Notes under the pieces: model-generated | The model's input: only the letters and a program-made list of their open reading frames with translations | Told to the model about the DNA's origin: nothing | Database searches by the model: none | Translations under genes and position numbers: made by a program | From: a virus | Taxonomy: Duplodnaviria > Heunggongvirae > Uroviricota > Caudoviricetes | Direction: 5' to 3' (one strand) | Length of the DNA stretch: 64,000 nucleotides | Virus record (IMG/VR): IMGVR_UViG_3300043436_002205 | Shown: in pieces, positions 1-8,655 of the stretch | Numbering within the stretch: position 1 is the first letter of the stretch | Layout: each line of letters opens with the position of its first letter

Positions 1-50
1 GACTATGACTTCGTTATGTGGCGCTTGAAAAATCTAATAGAGGAAAGCAA

Positions 51-542
51 ATGAGCAACATGTTGAAATGGGCGGAAGCCGAACTTAAACTGGCTGGATA
101 TGATATTAATGATCCAGAAGATGGACCAAACCGTTGGCTTGCAGAAGGAACGCTTGAGCTTCTCAAAGTGTTCTCAGAACAAGGACACAGCGGTATGTCG
201 GCACCGTATGCAGTAGCTTTGTTTGAGAAGCTCGCATCATGGAAACCTATTGCTCCTTTGACTGGCGAATCTGACGAGTGGACGGAAGTCAGCGCAGATA
301 TGTGGCAGAACAAACGTAACAGTTCTGTCTTTAAGGATGAAGATGGGCGACCATACTGGATGGATGGTCGAGTGTTTTGGGAATGGTATTCATCGCCAGA
401 TATTGACGAAGGTAAACCATATAAGAGCTACTATACGGGTCGTGAAAGCCGAGTGTTTATTGAGTTTCCGTGGACACAACCAGAAAAGCCTGAGTATGTT
501 TTTGTACCAACAGAACAGTTTCCAAACGAGGTAATCGAATGA
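51..542 (+). CDS. hypothetical phage protein (an alternative start at 18 is possible)
   Basis: Long ORF. An AGGAAAG RBS sits 5 nt before the ATG at 51. No family motif recognised. Confidence 0.5.
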   Translation: MSNMLKWAEAELKLAGYDINDPEDGPNRWLAEGTLELLKVFSEQGHSGMSAPYAVALFEKLASWKPIAPLTGESDEWTEVSADMWQNKRNSSVFKDEDGRPYWMDGRVFWEWYSSPDIDEGKPYKSYYTGRESRVFIEFPWTQPEKPEYVFVPTEQFPNEVIE

Positions 543-721
543 CTGAGTTAGTATGTGAAGGGTGTAAACAGCCACTCACCGATTGTGGTCCTATCGGTTG
601 GGAATGCTGCAATAAGGATTGTACATACGACCAAGATATCTATATCAGATGGCTGCGTAAAGACAAAGAACGTAAAGAACGAGCCGAACTTGCTCGACTA
701 AAAGAAAAATACGAGGGATAA
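539..721 (+). CDS. small Cys-rich (zinc-ribbon-like) protein
   Basis: ATGA start/stop overlap with the upstream gene. CxxC...CC..C pattern (CEGCKQ...WECCNKDC). Confidence 0.4.
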   Translation: MTELVCEGCKQPLTDCGPIGWECCNKDCTYDQDIYIRWLRKDKERKERAELARLKEKYEG

Positions 722-723
722 AG

Positions 724-1383
724 ATGCGTGTATACATAGGACCTTATCGCTACCGTTGGATTTCTAAAGTCCATGATCGTTGGATGGATAGAAAGTACGC
801 CGAGACATGGTGGGATATGGATGAAGACAAGTATACTTGGATGGACAAGTTTACTTACAAACTCGAGAGTGCCCTTCAAACTCTCTATAACAAAACTATC
901 AATAAGTATCTTGACAAAGCTCAACGCAAGGTTAAGATCCACGTTGACGGATACGATGTTTGGGGTGCGGATCATACGATCGCAATGCTTGTTCATCCTT
1001 TGCTGTTGAAGCTGAAAGAGAACAAGCACGGTGCACCTTATGTTGATGATGAGGATGTTCCTGAGCATCTTCGTAGCACTGCTGCACCACCAAAAAGGGA
1101 TGAATGGGACATTGATGATAACCACGAAGCACGTTGGGACTGGGTTCTCGACGAGATGATCTGGGCATTCGAGCAATGCGCAAAGGACGACACTGGTGAC
1201 GATCAATTCTACTCTGGTGAGGTTGATTGGAAGTTTGTAAAAGAAGACGACAAATACTCTAGAATGGAATATGGCCCGAACCATACGTTCAAGGTAGACG
1301 AAGAAGGTAAGAAAGCTCACTACGATCGCATCAAGAACGGCCACCGACTTTTTGGAAAGTATTATTTTTCACTTTGGGATTAA
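724..1383 (+). CDS. hypothetical protein (acidic, Trp-rich)
   Basis: 219-aa ORF with tight spacing to the upstream gene. Confidence 0.5.
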   Translation: MRVYIGPYRYRWISKVHDRWMDRKYAETWWDMDEDKYTWMDKFTYKLESALQTLYNKTINKYLDKAQRKVKIHVDGYDVWGADHTIAMLVHPLLLKLKENKHGAPYVDDEDVPEHLRSTAAPPKRDEWDIDDNHEARWDWVLDEMIWAFEQCAKDDTGDDQFYSGEVDWKFVKEDDKYSRMEYGPNHTFKVDEEGKKAHYDRIKNGHRLFGKYYFSLWD

Positions 1384-1404
1384 TTTTACAAAAATTTATT
1401 CCAA

Positions 1405-1436
1405 CTGTTATACGATTGTTACATCTTCAATATAAT
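1405..1436 (+). promoter_or_regulatory. Pho-box-like direct repeats (CTGTTAT-acga-TTGTTAC, 11-bp periodicity) followed by a TATAAT -10 box, upstream of pstS
   Basis: Two 7-bp direct repeats match the E. coli Pho-box half-site CTGTCAT with a 4-bp spacer. A perfect TATAAT lies at 1431-1436. A hairpin (ATATCCC..GGGATAT) and an AAGGAGA RBS follow in the leader. Confidence 0.45.
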
Positions 1437-1484
1437 ATAGTAATATCCCCAATGAATAGGGATATTTAAACAAAGGAGAATTAT

Positions 1485-2450
1485 ATGAAAGCTTTACTAT
1501 CAGCGGCGGCAATTATTGCTTTGGCGTCCACGACTGCGTTTGCAAGAGATAACGTTCAAGTAACAGGATCGTCTACAGTACTACCATATGCAACCATTGT
1601 CGCAGAGGCATTTGGTGAAAATTTTGATTTTCCGTCGCCAGTAGTTGAAGGTGGTGGTTCGGGTGCAGGCCGTAAGAAGCTCTGCGAAGGTGTTGGTGAA
1701 AACACTGTTGACATCGCAAATAGTTCTTCAAAGATGAAGGATGAAGAAAGAGCCAAGTGTGAAGAAGCAATTGGTGAAGTGACTGAGGTTCGTATTGGTT
1801 ATGACGGTATCGTGTTTGCATCGAACATCGATCAACTTAATATCGATAATCTAACAGTCGAACAACTCTATAGCGCTCTACACGAGTCGAGCACTGCAAA
1901 ACTCTGGAGTGAAGTCGACTCGACTCTTCCAGAAGTAGCAATCCTTGCATACATTCCAGGTACCAAACACGGCACTCGTGAAGTGTTCGATGTAAAGGTG
2001 ATGGAAGAAGGTTGTAAAGCAGCTCTCGGTGTTGAGAAACTCGATGACGATCAAAAGAAAGCTTGTGTGAAAGTAAGAACTGACGGTGCAGCAGTTGACA
2101 TCGATGGCGACTACACAGAAACACTTGCTCGTCTTGATGCTAATAAAACATCGCTAGGTGTGTTTGGTCTTAGCTTCTATCAGAACAACACTGATAAACT
2201 AGAAGTTGCCACGGTAAGTGGCGTGGCACCAAGCGTAGAAACCATCTCAAGCGGTGACTATCCAATCAGCCGTCCACTTTACTTCTACGTGAAGAACGCT
2301 CACCTCAGCGTCATTCCTGGTCTGAAGGAATACATCGAGTTCTTCGTGAGTGATGAGATGGCAGGTCCTGATGGCGCTCTTGCACAGTATGGATTGGTTC
2401 CAGATCCAGAACTTGCAGCTACTCAGGCTGAAGTTTCTGCTCTTAAATAA
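1485..2450 (+). CDS. pstS: phosphate ABC transporter substrate-binding protein PstS, with signal peptide
   Basis: N-terminal signal peptide (AFA|RD). PstS-family motifs TGSSTVLPYA and YPISRPLYFYV. Length of 321 aa fits. Confidence 0.85.
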   Translation: MKALLSAAAIIALASTTAFARDNVQVTGSSTVLPYATIVAEAFGENFDFPSPVVEGGGSGAGRKKLCEGVGENTVDIANSSSKMKDEERAKCEEAIGEVTEVRIGYDGIVFASNIDQLNIDNLTVEQLYSALHESSTAKLWSEVDSTLPEVAILAYIPGTKHGTREVFDVKVMEEGCKAALGVEKLDDDQKKACVKVRTDGAAVDIDGDYTETLARLDANKTSLGVFGLSFYQNNTDKLEVATVSGVAPSVETISSGDYPISRPLYFYVKNAHLSVIPGLKEYIEFFVSDEMAGPDGALAQYGLVPDPELAATQAEVSALK

Positions 2451-2452
2451 GA

Positions 2453-3223
2453 ATGAAATATAAAAGCATCTTCATAAGTGATGTGCATTTAGGAACCAGA
2501 GGGTGTCAAGCAGACGCCCTCTGTGTTTTCTTAAAAAACAACACAAGCGAAAACCTATTCCTAGTTGGTGATATGCTGGATGGTTGGCGCTTAAAGAAAC
2601 GTTGGTACTTTCCACAGAGTCATGCCAATGTGATACGCAGAATACTCACGGCAGCTAAGCGTGGCACTAGAGTAGAATACATATTAGGTAATCACGATGA
2701 AGCAGGCCGTAAGTTTTTAAACTTTGATATCAGCTTCGGTAATATTAAAGTAACTAACAGACAAGACTACATAGGTTTAGACGGCAAACGTTATCTGGTT
2801 ATTCATGGTGACTTCTTTGACGTATTGATGCATGATAAAAAATGGTTGATGCACATTGGAGATACTTTGTATGACGCTATGATATATGCCAATGTTCAGT
2901 TTAATCGAGTAAGAAGTTTGTTTGGTATGGACTATTGGAGTTTAAGTAAATATCTAAAACAGAATACTAAACACGCGTTAAACTTTATCAATCGTTACGA
3001 AGAACATCTAGCTGCCTATTGTAAGCAACATGGATATGACGGAATAATTTGTGGTCACATTCATCATGCTGAAATAAAAGAAATAAATGGTGTTATATAC
3101 ATGAACGATGGCGACTGGGTCGAGAGTGCCACCGCTCTGGTAGAACACTTTGATGGAAGATGGGAGATAGTGCATTATGCCGAAGATCTTAATAGTTACA
3201 GACAACTTACCGAATCAGATTAA
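2453..3223 (+). CDS. calcineurin-like metallophosphoesterase of the LpxH/PlcP family (candidate phospholipase C PlcP-like)
   Basis: Motifs FISDVHLG, GDMLDGW, GNHDE, IHGDFFD, CGHIHH and GDW align with the LpxH-type metallophosphoesterase signature. It lies immediately upstream of, and overlaps, a GT4 gene, as in the plcP-agt lipid-remodelling pair of alphaproteobacteria. Confidence 0.7.
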   Translation: MKYKSIFISDVHLGTRGCQADALCVFLKNNTSENLFLVGDMLDGWRLKKRWYFPQSHANVIRRILTAAKRGTRVEYILGNHDEAGRKFLNFDISFGNIKVTNRQDYIGLDGKRYLVIHGDFFDVLMHDKKWLMHIGDTLYDAMIYANVQFNRVRSLFGMDYWSLSKYLKQNTKHALNFINRYEEHLAAYCKQHGYDGIICGHIHHAEIKEINGVIYMNDGDWVESATALVEHFDGRWEIVHYAEDLNSYRQLTESD

Positions 3224-4184
3224 TGGTGTGGTTACGACCTACAAAAATATTGAGACGTATGCGATTCGCGACGGTTATACTGTTGATTATATTCATCCCG
3301 GGATGTACGGCCATATTGATTGCCCAAAGTACAATGAAGTTAAGCTTGCCTGGGCACCTCCTTGGGTTGTTGGGAAAGAGATCAAGAAGATTGATCCGGA
3401 TTATATACACATCGCCACAGAAGGTCCTATGGGTATGTCTGCTAGAAGGTATCTTGCAATACGTGGGATTAAGTACAATACTGCTTACCATACTAAGTTT
3501 CCTGAAGGTGTAAGGACGTTACTAGGAATTCCTGAAGGAATTACTTGGGCAGTTGTGCGCTGGTTCCATAAGAATAGCAATAAGGTACTCACTACGACAA
3601 AATCAATGGTCGATGAACTTCATGCGCATGGATTTAATAACAATGTTATTCATTGGACTCGAGGAGTTGATAGGGATATATTCAAACCGGCAGTGAAAGA
3701 ACCATGCTCGCACATTAACCTCGTTTGCGTGAGTCGAGTAAGCAAAGAAAAAAATCTGGAAGCTTTTCTTGAGATAAACTACCCCAATGCAGTTAAAACT
3801 ATCGTAGGCGATGGTCCTATGTTAGAAACATACAAGAAGCAATATCCTTACGTGAACTTTGTAGGTGCCAAACGTGGTGCTGAACTCGCGCATTATTATC
3901 AACAGGCTGATGTTTTTGTGTTTCCTAGTCGTTGGGATACATTTGGATTGGTGATGATTGAGGCAATGGCATGCGGTACTCCGGTCGCTGCTTATCCTGT
4001 GCAAGGACCATTAGACGTAATAGATCAAGATGTAACTGGTTATATGGATGAGGATATCACTATCGCTATTAAAAAATCTCTTGACCTCGATAGAGAATCA
4101 GTATACAAATTCAGCATGAAATGGGATTGGGGAAACGCTTGGAACATTTTTCGAGACAATCTTATAAACTGTAAAACTAACTAG
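3177..4184 (+). CDS. glycosyltransferase family 4 (Agt-like glycosyl-diacylglycerol synthase candidate)
   Basis: Typical GT4 N-terminus (KILIVTDNLPNQINGVVTTY) and C-terminal EAMACGTPVAA motif. It overlaps the upstream gene by 47 nt. Confidence 0.8.
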   Translation: MPKILIVTDNLPNQINGVVTTYKNIETYAIRDGYTVDYIHPGMYGHIDCPKYNEVKLAWAPPWVVGKEIKKIDPDYIHIATEGPMGMSARRYLAIRGIKYNTAYHTKFPEGVRTLLGIPEGITWAVVRWFHKNSNKVLTTTKSMVDELHAHGFNNNVIHWTRGVDRDIFKPAVKEPCSHINLVCVSRVSKEKNLEAFLEINYPNAVKTIVGDGPMLETYKKQYPYVNFVGAKRGAELAHYYQQADVFVFPSRWDTFGLVMIEAMACGTPVAAYPVQGPLDVIDQDVTGYMDEDITIAIKKSLDLDRESVYKFSMKWDWGNAWNIFRDNLINCKTN

Positions 4185-4194
4185 AGGATAAACC

Positions 4195-4953
4195 ATGATT
4201 GTACTATTAGGATACGGCTTCGTTGGTAAAGCTCACTATAAAGCGTTTAGCCCTCATCACGAAATGTCTATCGTAGATCCGGCCTTCAGCAATATTCGTA
4301 TCAAAGACATAGAAAACATTAGTGGTGCTATCGTCTGTGTTTCGACTCCATCATCTGAAGATGGAAGCTGTGATATGAGCATAATCTATAATGTAATTCA
4401 AGACATTCCAAAAGAAGCTCCAATTCTCATTAAGAGCACGATATCGATGGAGGGATGGGAAACTCTCGAAAGAAACTTTCCTGAACACTCCATCACATTT
4501 AGTCCAGAATTTCTTCGAGCTGCAAGCGCAGACGACGACCTTAAGAACCTCACTCATGCGTTCTTGGCTGGCGGTAACGTTCAATACTGGTTAGATTTTT
4601 ACACGACGGTGTATCCAGACATCAGCATAACTGTATGTAAGCCAAAGCACGCAATTGCCATCAAGTATTTTCGAAACTCGTTTCTTGCGGCAAAGTGTAG
4701 CTTCTTCAACGAGATCTACGATTTCTGTGAAACGCTCGGATTGGATTACGAGTCGGTTCGCTCTGGTGTCACGTTAGACTCTCGTATCGGTGAGAGCCAT
4801 ACTTTTGTAAATGAGAACGATAGAGGCTGGGGCGGAGCGTGTTTTCCAAAGGATACCGCGGCGATTCTGCAGACGGCAAAGAACTCAGGCGTCGAGCTAC
4901 AGACGCTAGAAGCTGCCGTAAAATATAATGAGTCTGTTCGAAAAAAAGTTTAA
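4195..4953 (+). CDS. truncated UDP-glucose/GDP-mannose 6-dehydrogenase family protein (Ugd-like, lacks the C-terminal UDP-binding domain)
   Basis: Rossmann N-terminus GYGFVGKA. Catalytic-Cys motif GWGGACFPKD. The ORF ends about 30 aa after that Cys, at 252 aa against roughly 390-440 aa for Ugd. Confidence 0.6.
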   Translation: MIVLLGYGFVGKAHYKAFSPHHEMSIVDPAFSNIRIKDIENISGAIVCVSTPSSEDGSCDMSIIYNVIQDIPKEAPILIKSTISMEGWETLERNFPEHSITFSPEFLRAASADDDLKNLTHAFLAGGNVQYWLDFYTTVYPDISITVCKPKHAIAIKYFRNSFLAAKCSFFNEIYDFCETLGLDYESVRSGVTLDSRIGESHTFVNENDRGWGGACFPKDTAAILQTAKNSGVELQTLEAAVKYNESVRKKV

Positions 4954-5016
4954 GAAAGCCATTGACATTTGCTTCTACATTGATTATATCTATATTGTAA
5001 GCAATGGAGAACAACT

Positions 5017-5295
5017 ATGGCTATCGCAATCGTGACCCCCGAAGAAGTTGAAGTCGACGTCTGCTACGGCAACTTTGACGGTTCCTATACCAAAACTATG
5101 TATGTAGTTGACTTCTTTAGAACTGAAGTAGGTATGTTGCACGGCGATCTCGACACATCGATGTATATCAAGACTGAACACGATGCAAAGATGATGGCCC
5201 GACTTTATGAACTCGGCATGACCGGCCGTGGCGAATACAACGAGATTACCTTTAACAAGATTTTTGAAGATGCAGAGGTTGGCGAAGATGCCTAA
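5017..5295 (+). CDS. hypothetical protein
   Basis: 92-aa ORF whose stop overlaps the start of the next gene. Confidence 0.4.
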   Translation: MAIAIVTPEEVEVDVCYGNFDGSYTKTMYVVDFFRTEVGMLHGDLDTSMYIKTEHDAKMMARLYELGMTGRGEYNEITFNKIFEDAEVGEDA

Positions 5296-5812
5296 GGTTG
5301 AAGTTCTCGTAGGTCTGCCTGGTTCAGGTAAGTCGACTCGATTGTCGTTTGTTGACGATCCGGAGTTTGGTGGAGACGTCTTTGTGTATAGCACTGATGC
5401 ATATATCGAAGCTCGAGCCAAAGAAGCTGGTAAGTCTTACGACGACGTGTTCGGTGATCACATCAACGAAGCAACTAAGCATATGAATAATGTGCTTGCA
5501 ATTGCTATCAGCGCAGGGATTGATGTGTACTGGGATCAGACTAATATGTCTTCGAAGAAGCGTAAGAGCATCTTGTCGAAGTTCCCTAAGAACTATCACA
5601 AGGAATGTTGGTGCGTTCGTGTTCCTCAGACTGCTGAAGAGTGGGCTGAACTCGATCGTCGCCTTGATTCTCGTCCTGGGAAGACTATCCCTCATCACAT
5701 CATTGAAGCTATGGCTGATTCCTATGTTGAACCTGAACTCGATGAAGGCTTCGATAAGATCACCATTGTCGACATCTTTTGCAATGTAATTATGGAGAAG
5801 AAAAATGCATGA
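5288..5812 (+). CDS. pnk: polynucleotide 5'-kinase (kinase domain of T4 Pnk, as a stand-alone gene)
   Basis: Walker A GLPGSGKST. The DQTN motif and RxxRxGKxIP match the T4 Pnk kinase domain (DTN; RNSKRGTKAVPIDVL). The start is chosen at the ATG that overlaps the upstream stop. Confidence 0.7.
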   Translation: MPKVEVLVGLPGSGKSTRLSFVDDPEFGGDVFVYSTDAYIEARAKEAGKSYDDVFGDHINEATKHMNNVLAIAISAGIDVYWDQTNMSSKKRKSILSKFPKNYHKECWCVRVPQTAEEWAELDRRLDSRPGKTIPHHIIEAMADSYVEPELDEGFDKITIVDIFCNVIMEKKNA

Positions 5813-5852
5813 TATTGCGTACTTAGTTATTAATTGGAAATTGGAGGAATAG

Positions 5853-6038
5853 ATGGCTTTTTATACTATGATTGGCTTCATTGTCGTTGCGGCTGTGATT
5901 GGTGTTGGTGCGTATTGGGTGGTGTCAAATATCACGTTTAAACGCCAGCCTGAACGCTTCACGTATACCAAAGATGAAGATGGTAATGAATACGTCCGTG
6001 ATAACACTGTAACAACGAAAGATAAACCTGATGTTTAA
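5853..6038 (+). CDS. small membrane protein (possible partner of the SPFH protein)
   Basis: Single TM helix at the N-terminus. It overlaps the start of the SPFH gene. Confidence 0.4.
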   Translation: MAFYTMIGFIVVAAVIGVGAYWVVSNITFKRQPERFTYTKDEDGNEYVRDNTVTTKDKPDV

Positions 6039-6987
6039 ACCTGATCGCTATGACTTTAACACTAAAGCTGAGTATGAAGCAGCACTAAATCAATATAATG
6101 AACGTAAAAGGAAAATGAAAATGAATGCTATCGTTGGTGGAACTATCGCTACTGTCGTCGGTCTTACTGCACTGACTGTAATTGGCGGATCGTGGTATAC
6201 TGTTGATGAAGGTTACCGTGGTGTAACTCTTCGTAACGGTGCCGTGGTTGGTACTGCAGAACCAGGTCTTGGATTTAAAATCCCTTTGATCGAAAAGGTG
6301 GTTGATATTTCTGTTCAATCACAGGCTCAGTTGTACGAGAACATCCTTGCTTACTCTCGTGATCAACAGACTGCGGGTCTAAACCTGTCTGTTAACTATC
6401 GCTTCCCTGCAGATCAAGTTGAGACGATCTATCGTGAATATGGTGGCGAAGCTGGCGTGATCTCTCGCTTGCTTGATCGTCAGGTTCTTGAAGAAGTCAA
6501 GAACGTCTTTGGTAAGTTCAACGCAGCAACCGCTATTCAGGAACGTGAACGTCTTGCTGCAGAAGTTCAGATGGCAATCCAGAAAGCTGTAATTGGTCCT
6601 ATCATCGTTGAGTCGGTTCAAATTGAGAACATCGACTTCTCTGATGCTTATGAACAATCGATTGAAGCTCGTATGCTTGCAGAAGTCGAAGTGCAAAAGG
6701 TTCGGCAGAACGCAGAACGTGAAAAGGTTCAGGCTGAGATCGTCGTGACTCAGGCACAGGCACAAGCCGACGCTCAACTAGCTCAAGCAGTTGCGGCCGC
6801 AGAAGCAACTCGTATTCAAGGTGAAGCAGAAGCAAGCGCGATTAAGGCGAAAGCAGAAGCTCTGAAGGATAACGCAGGTTTGATTGCTCTAGTTCAAGCT
6901 GAAAAGTGGAACGGTGCTCTTCCTACCACTATGATCCCAGACTCGACTGTTCCATTCATGGACGTTGTTGCTAAGCCAGCCCAGTAA
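6031..6987 (+). CDS. SPFH/band-7 (prohibitin/HflC-like) domain protein
   Basis: N-terminal TM segment, band-7 core (GYRGVTLRNGAVVG...KIPLIEKV) and a C-terminal Ala/Glu/Gln coiled-coil. Confidence 0.75.
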   Translation: MFKPDRYDFNTKAEYEAALNQYNERKRKMKMNAIVGGTIATVVGLTALTVIGGSWYTVDEGYRGVTLRNGAVVGTAEPGLGFKIPLIEKVVDISVQSQAQLYENILAYSRDQQTAGLNLSVNYRFPADQVETIYREYGGEAGVISRLLDRQVLEEVKNVFGKFNAATAIQERERLAAEVQMAIQKAVIGPIIVESVQIENIDFSDAYEQSIEARMLAEVEVQKVRQNAEREKVQAEIVVTQAQAQADAQLAQAVAAAEATRIQGEAEASAIKAKAEALKDNAGLIALVQAEKWNGALPTTMIPDSTVPFMDVVAKPAQ

Positions 6988-7004
6988 GATAAAAATATGA
7001 AGAA

Positions 7005-7030
7005 AAAGAGCGCTTCGGCGCTCTTTTTTG
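7005..7030 (+). terminator. rho-independent terminator
   Basis: AGAGCGC-ttcg-GCGCTCT stem followed by TTTTTT. Confidence 0.7.
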
Positions 7031-7090
7031 TTTACAATCTCATAAAACTAGTTTATACAGAACAAGTATGAACCAATTCGGAGAATCGTT

Positions 7091-8215
7091 ATGGAAGTTA
7101 AAACAAGCACTGAGAACCTGTATAAGGTAGATACAAAAGGTAAGACGCGAGTCTGGCGAGCAGAGACCGGCACTGATGGAACTCGATGGGGTCTACGGAC
7201 GATCTCAGGGCTTCAGGACGGAAAACAGATTACTTCTGAATGGACCTTCGTTGAACAAAAGAACGTCGGACGCTCAAACGAGACGTCTCTCGAAGCGCAA
7301 GCAAACGCTGAGATGGTATCTGAAATGCAGAAGAAAGAAGATACTGGCTATTTCTCTAACATCGATATGATCCATACCTTTGATAAGTTCAAGCCGATGT
7401 TGGCTGAGAAGTATGAAGAGGTTCCGGTTAACTGGTCAAAGGGATACATCTATAGTCAACCGAAGCTCGATGGCATTCGTTGCATCGCTCGTAAGGATGG
7501 TCTATGGACTCGCGCAGGAAAAGAAATCGTCGCTGTTCCTCACGTCTGGGAGTCGCTGCAGTCTTATTTTGAAAAGAATCCAAACTTAATTCTTGACGGC
7601 GAACTCTATAATCACGAGCTGAAGGATGACTTCAACACCATCACCTCGATGGTTCGTAAGACAAAACCGAAGCCCGAAGACATCATGAAATCGAAGGAAC
7701 TCGTGCAGTATCACGTCTATGACGTCTATGTGACTGATAGTCCGGATCTGCCGTTCCGTAAGCGTGAGCTGTTGCGCTACGAAGCTTCGAACGAATTCGT
7801 AAAGATGGTTCCGACCATGCAGGTCAACGATCCGCAGTCGATCGATACTCTGTATGAGGGTTATCTCGAACATGGATACGAAGGTCAGATGATCCGCATC
7901 GATGGTCGTTACGAGAACAAGCGTACGAAAAACTTGCTGAAGCGTAAAGAGTTCTTGACCGACGAGTTCGAAGTCAAGGAAATGATGTCTGGTATTGGAA
8001 ACTGGCAGGGATGCACTAAACATTTTGTTTTGAAACTGAATGATACTCGTGACTTCCAAGCTGGTGTTCGTGGTGACATGGACACTCTACGTGCTCTCTG
8101 GGATGCAGGCAAGAAACCCGATTGGGTTACTCTTCGCTACTTCACTCCGACTCCGGATGGCGTTCCTCGGTTTCCAGTCGTAATCGATTGGGGCTTTGGA
8201 AAAAGAGAAGATTAA
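7091..8215 (+). CDS. ATP-dependent DNA ligase
   Basis: Nucleotidyltransferase motif I KLDGIR and motif IV-like EGQMIR. Size and layout resemble T7-type ligases. Confidence 0.8.
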   Translation: MEVKTSTENLYKVDTKGKTRVWRAETGTDGTRWGLRTISGLQDGKQITSEWTFVEQKNVGRSNETSLEAQANAEMVSEMQKKEDTGYFSNIDMIHTFDKFKPMLAEKYEEVPVNWSKGYIYSQPKLDGIRCIARKDGLWTRAGKEIVAVPHVWESLQSYFEKNPNLILDGELYNHELKDDFNTITSMVRKTKPKPEDIMKSKELVQYHVYDVYVTDSPDLPFRKRELLRYEASNEFVKMVPTMQVNDPQSIDTLYEGYLEHGYEGQMIRIDGRYENKRTKNLLKRKEFLTDEFEVKEMMSGIGNWQGCTKHFVLKLNDTRDFQAGVRGDMDTLRALWDAGKKPDWVTLRYFTPTPDGVPRFPVVIDWGFGKRED

Positions 8216-8238
8216 ATGAAAAAGAGTGCACTTTCCTA

Positions 8239-8296
8239 TTTACATTCATTTAGAATCAGTATATTCTAATAATGTAAGGAACGAAAGGAACATCCG
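8239..8296 (+). promoter_or_regulatory. conserved early/middle promoter copy 1 (TTTACA-N6-TAGAAT-cagtat-ATTCTA, shared leader AATGTAAGGAACGAAAGGAA)
   Basis: One of six near-identical intergenic elements, each ending at an ATG. It contains a -35-like hexamer, a palindrome, and an RBS. Confidence 0.55.
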
Positions 8297-8482
8297 ATGT
8301 TTGTACTCACTCTTGCTGCTGACTACGAAGGTGAAACCCTTCTAGGCGTATACTCGTCTCGTGAACTCGCAGAAGCTGCTTCGCAACAGTATCTGGTTGA
8401 TGCTGAACGTGATCTGCCATCTTATGAGCAGTTCGTTGTTCGTGAAGTCGCAGTTGATGCACCTGCAGAATATCGCTTCTAA
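8297..8482 (+). CDS. hypothetical small protein
   Basis: ORF immediately downstream of promoter copy 1. Confidence 0.45.
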   Translation: MFVLTLAADYEGETLLGVYSSRELAEAASQQYLVDAERDLPSYEQFVVREVAVDAPAEYRF

Positions 8483-8492
8483 GGAGAATCAG

Positions 8493-8654
8493 ATGTACAA
8501 GGTCTACGCACACTACGAAGAGTTCGATCGTTACGGCGATCGACTCGAGTCTTACGACATGTTTAGAGCAGACACAAAAGAAGAGGTCGAAAAGATCGTT
8601 GAAGGTCTCGACAAAGAGTACTATGTTTTTATTGAAATCGCAAAGGTGATCTAA
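8493..8654 (+). CDS. hypothetical small protein
   Basis: AGGAGA RBS 5 nt upstream of the ATG. The listed ORF at 8361 has an unsupported N-extension. Confidence 0.4.
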   Translation: MYKVYAHYEEFDRYGDRLESYDMFRADTKEEVEKIVEGLDKEYYVFIEIAKVI

Positions 8655-8655
8655 G

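Noticed and set aside
640-1344. Antisense or embedded ORFs inside better-supported genes (for example 640..1344 minus, 1837..2124 minus, 11414..12175 minus, 15660..16229 minus, 26267..27160 minus, 28339..29073 minus, 46121..46624 plus, 54167..54616 plus).
   Set aside because: They are fully contained in opposite-strand genes with clear family motifs or T4 synteny. They have no RBS and their composition mirrors the sense gene.
4964-5005. TTGACATT...TATATC sigma70-like motif upstream of ORF 5017.
   Set aside because: The -10 is poor. It resembles the conserved promoter family only in the TTGACATT part and lacks the palindrome and leader. Too weak to call.
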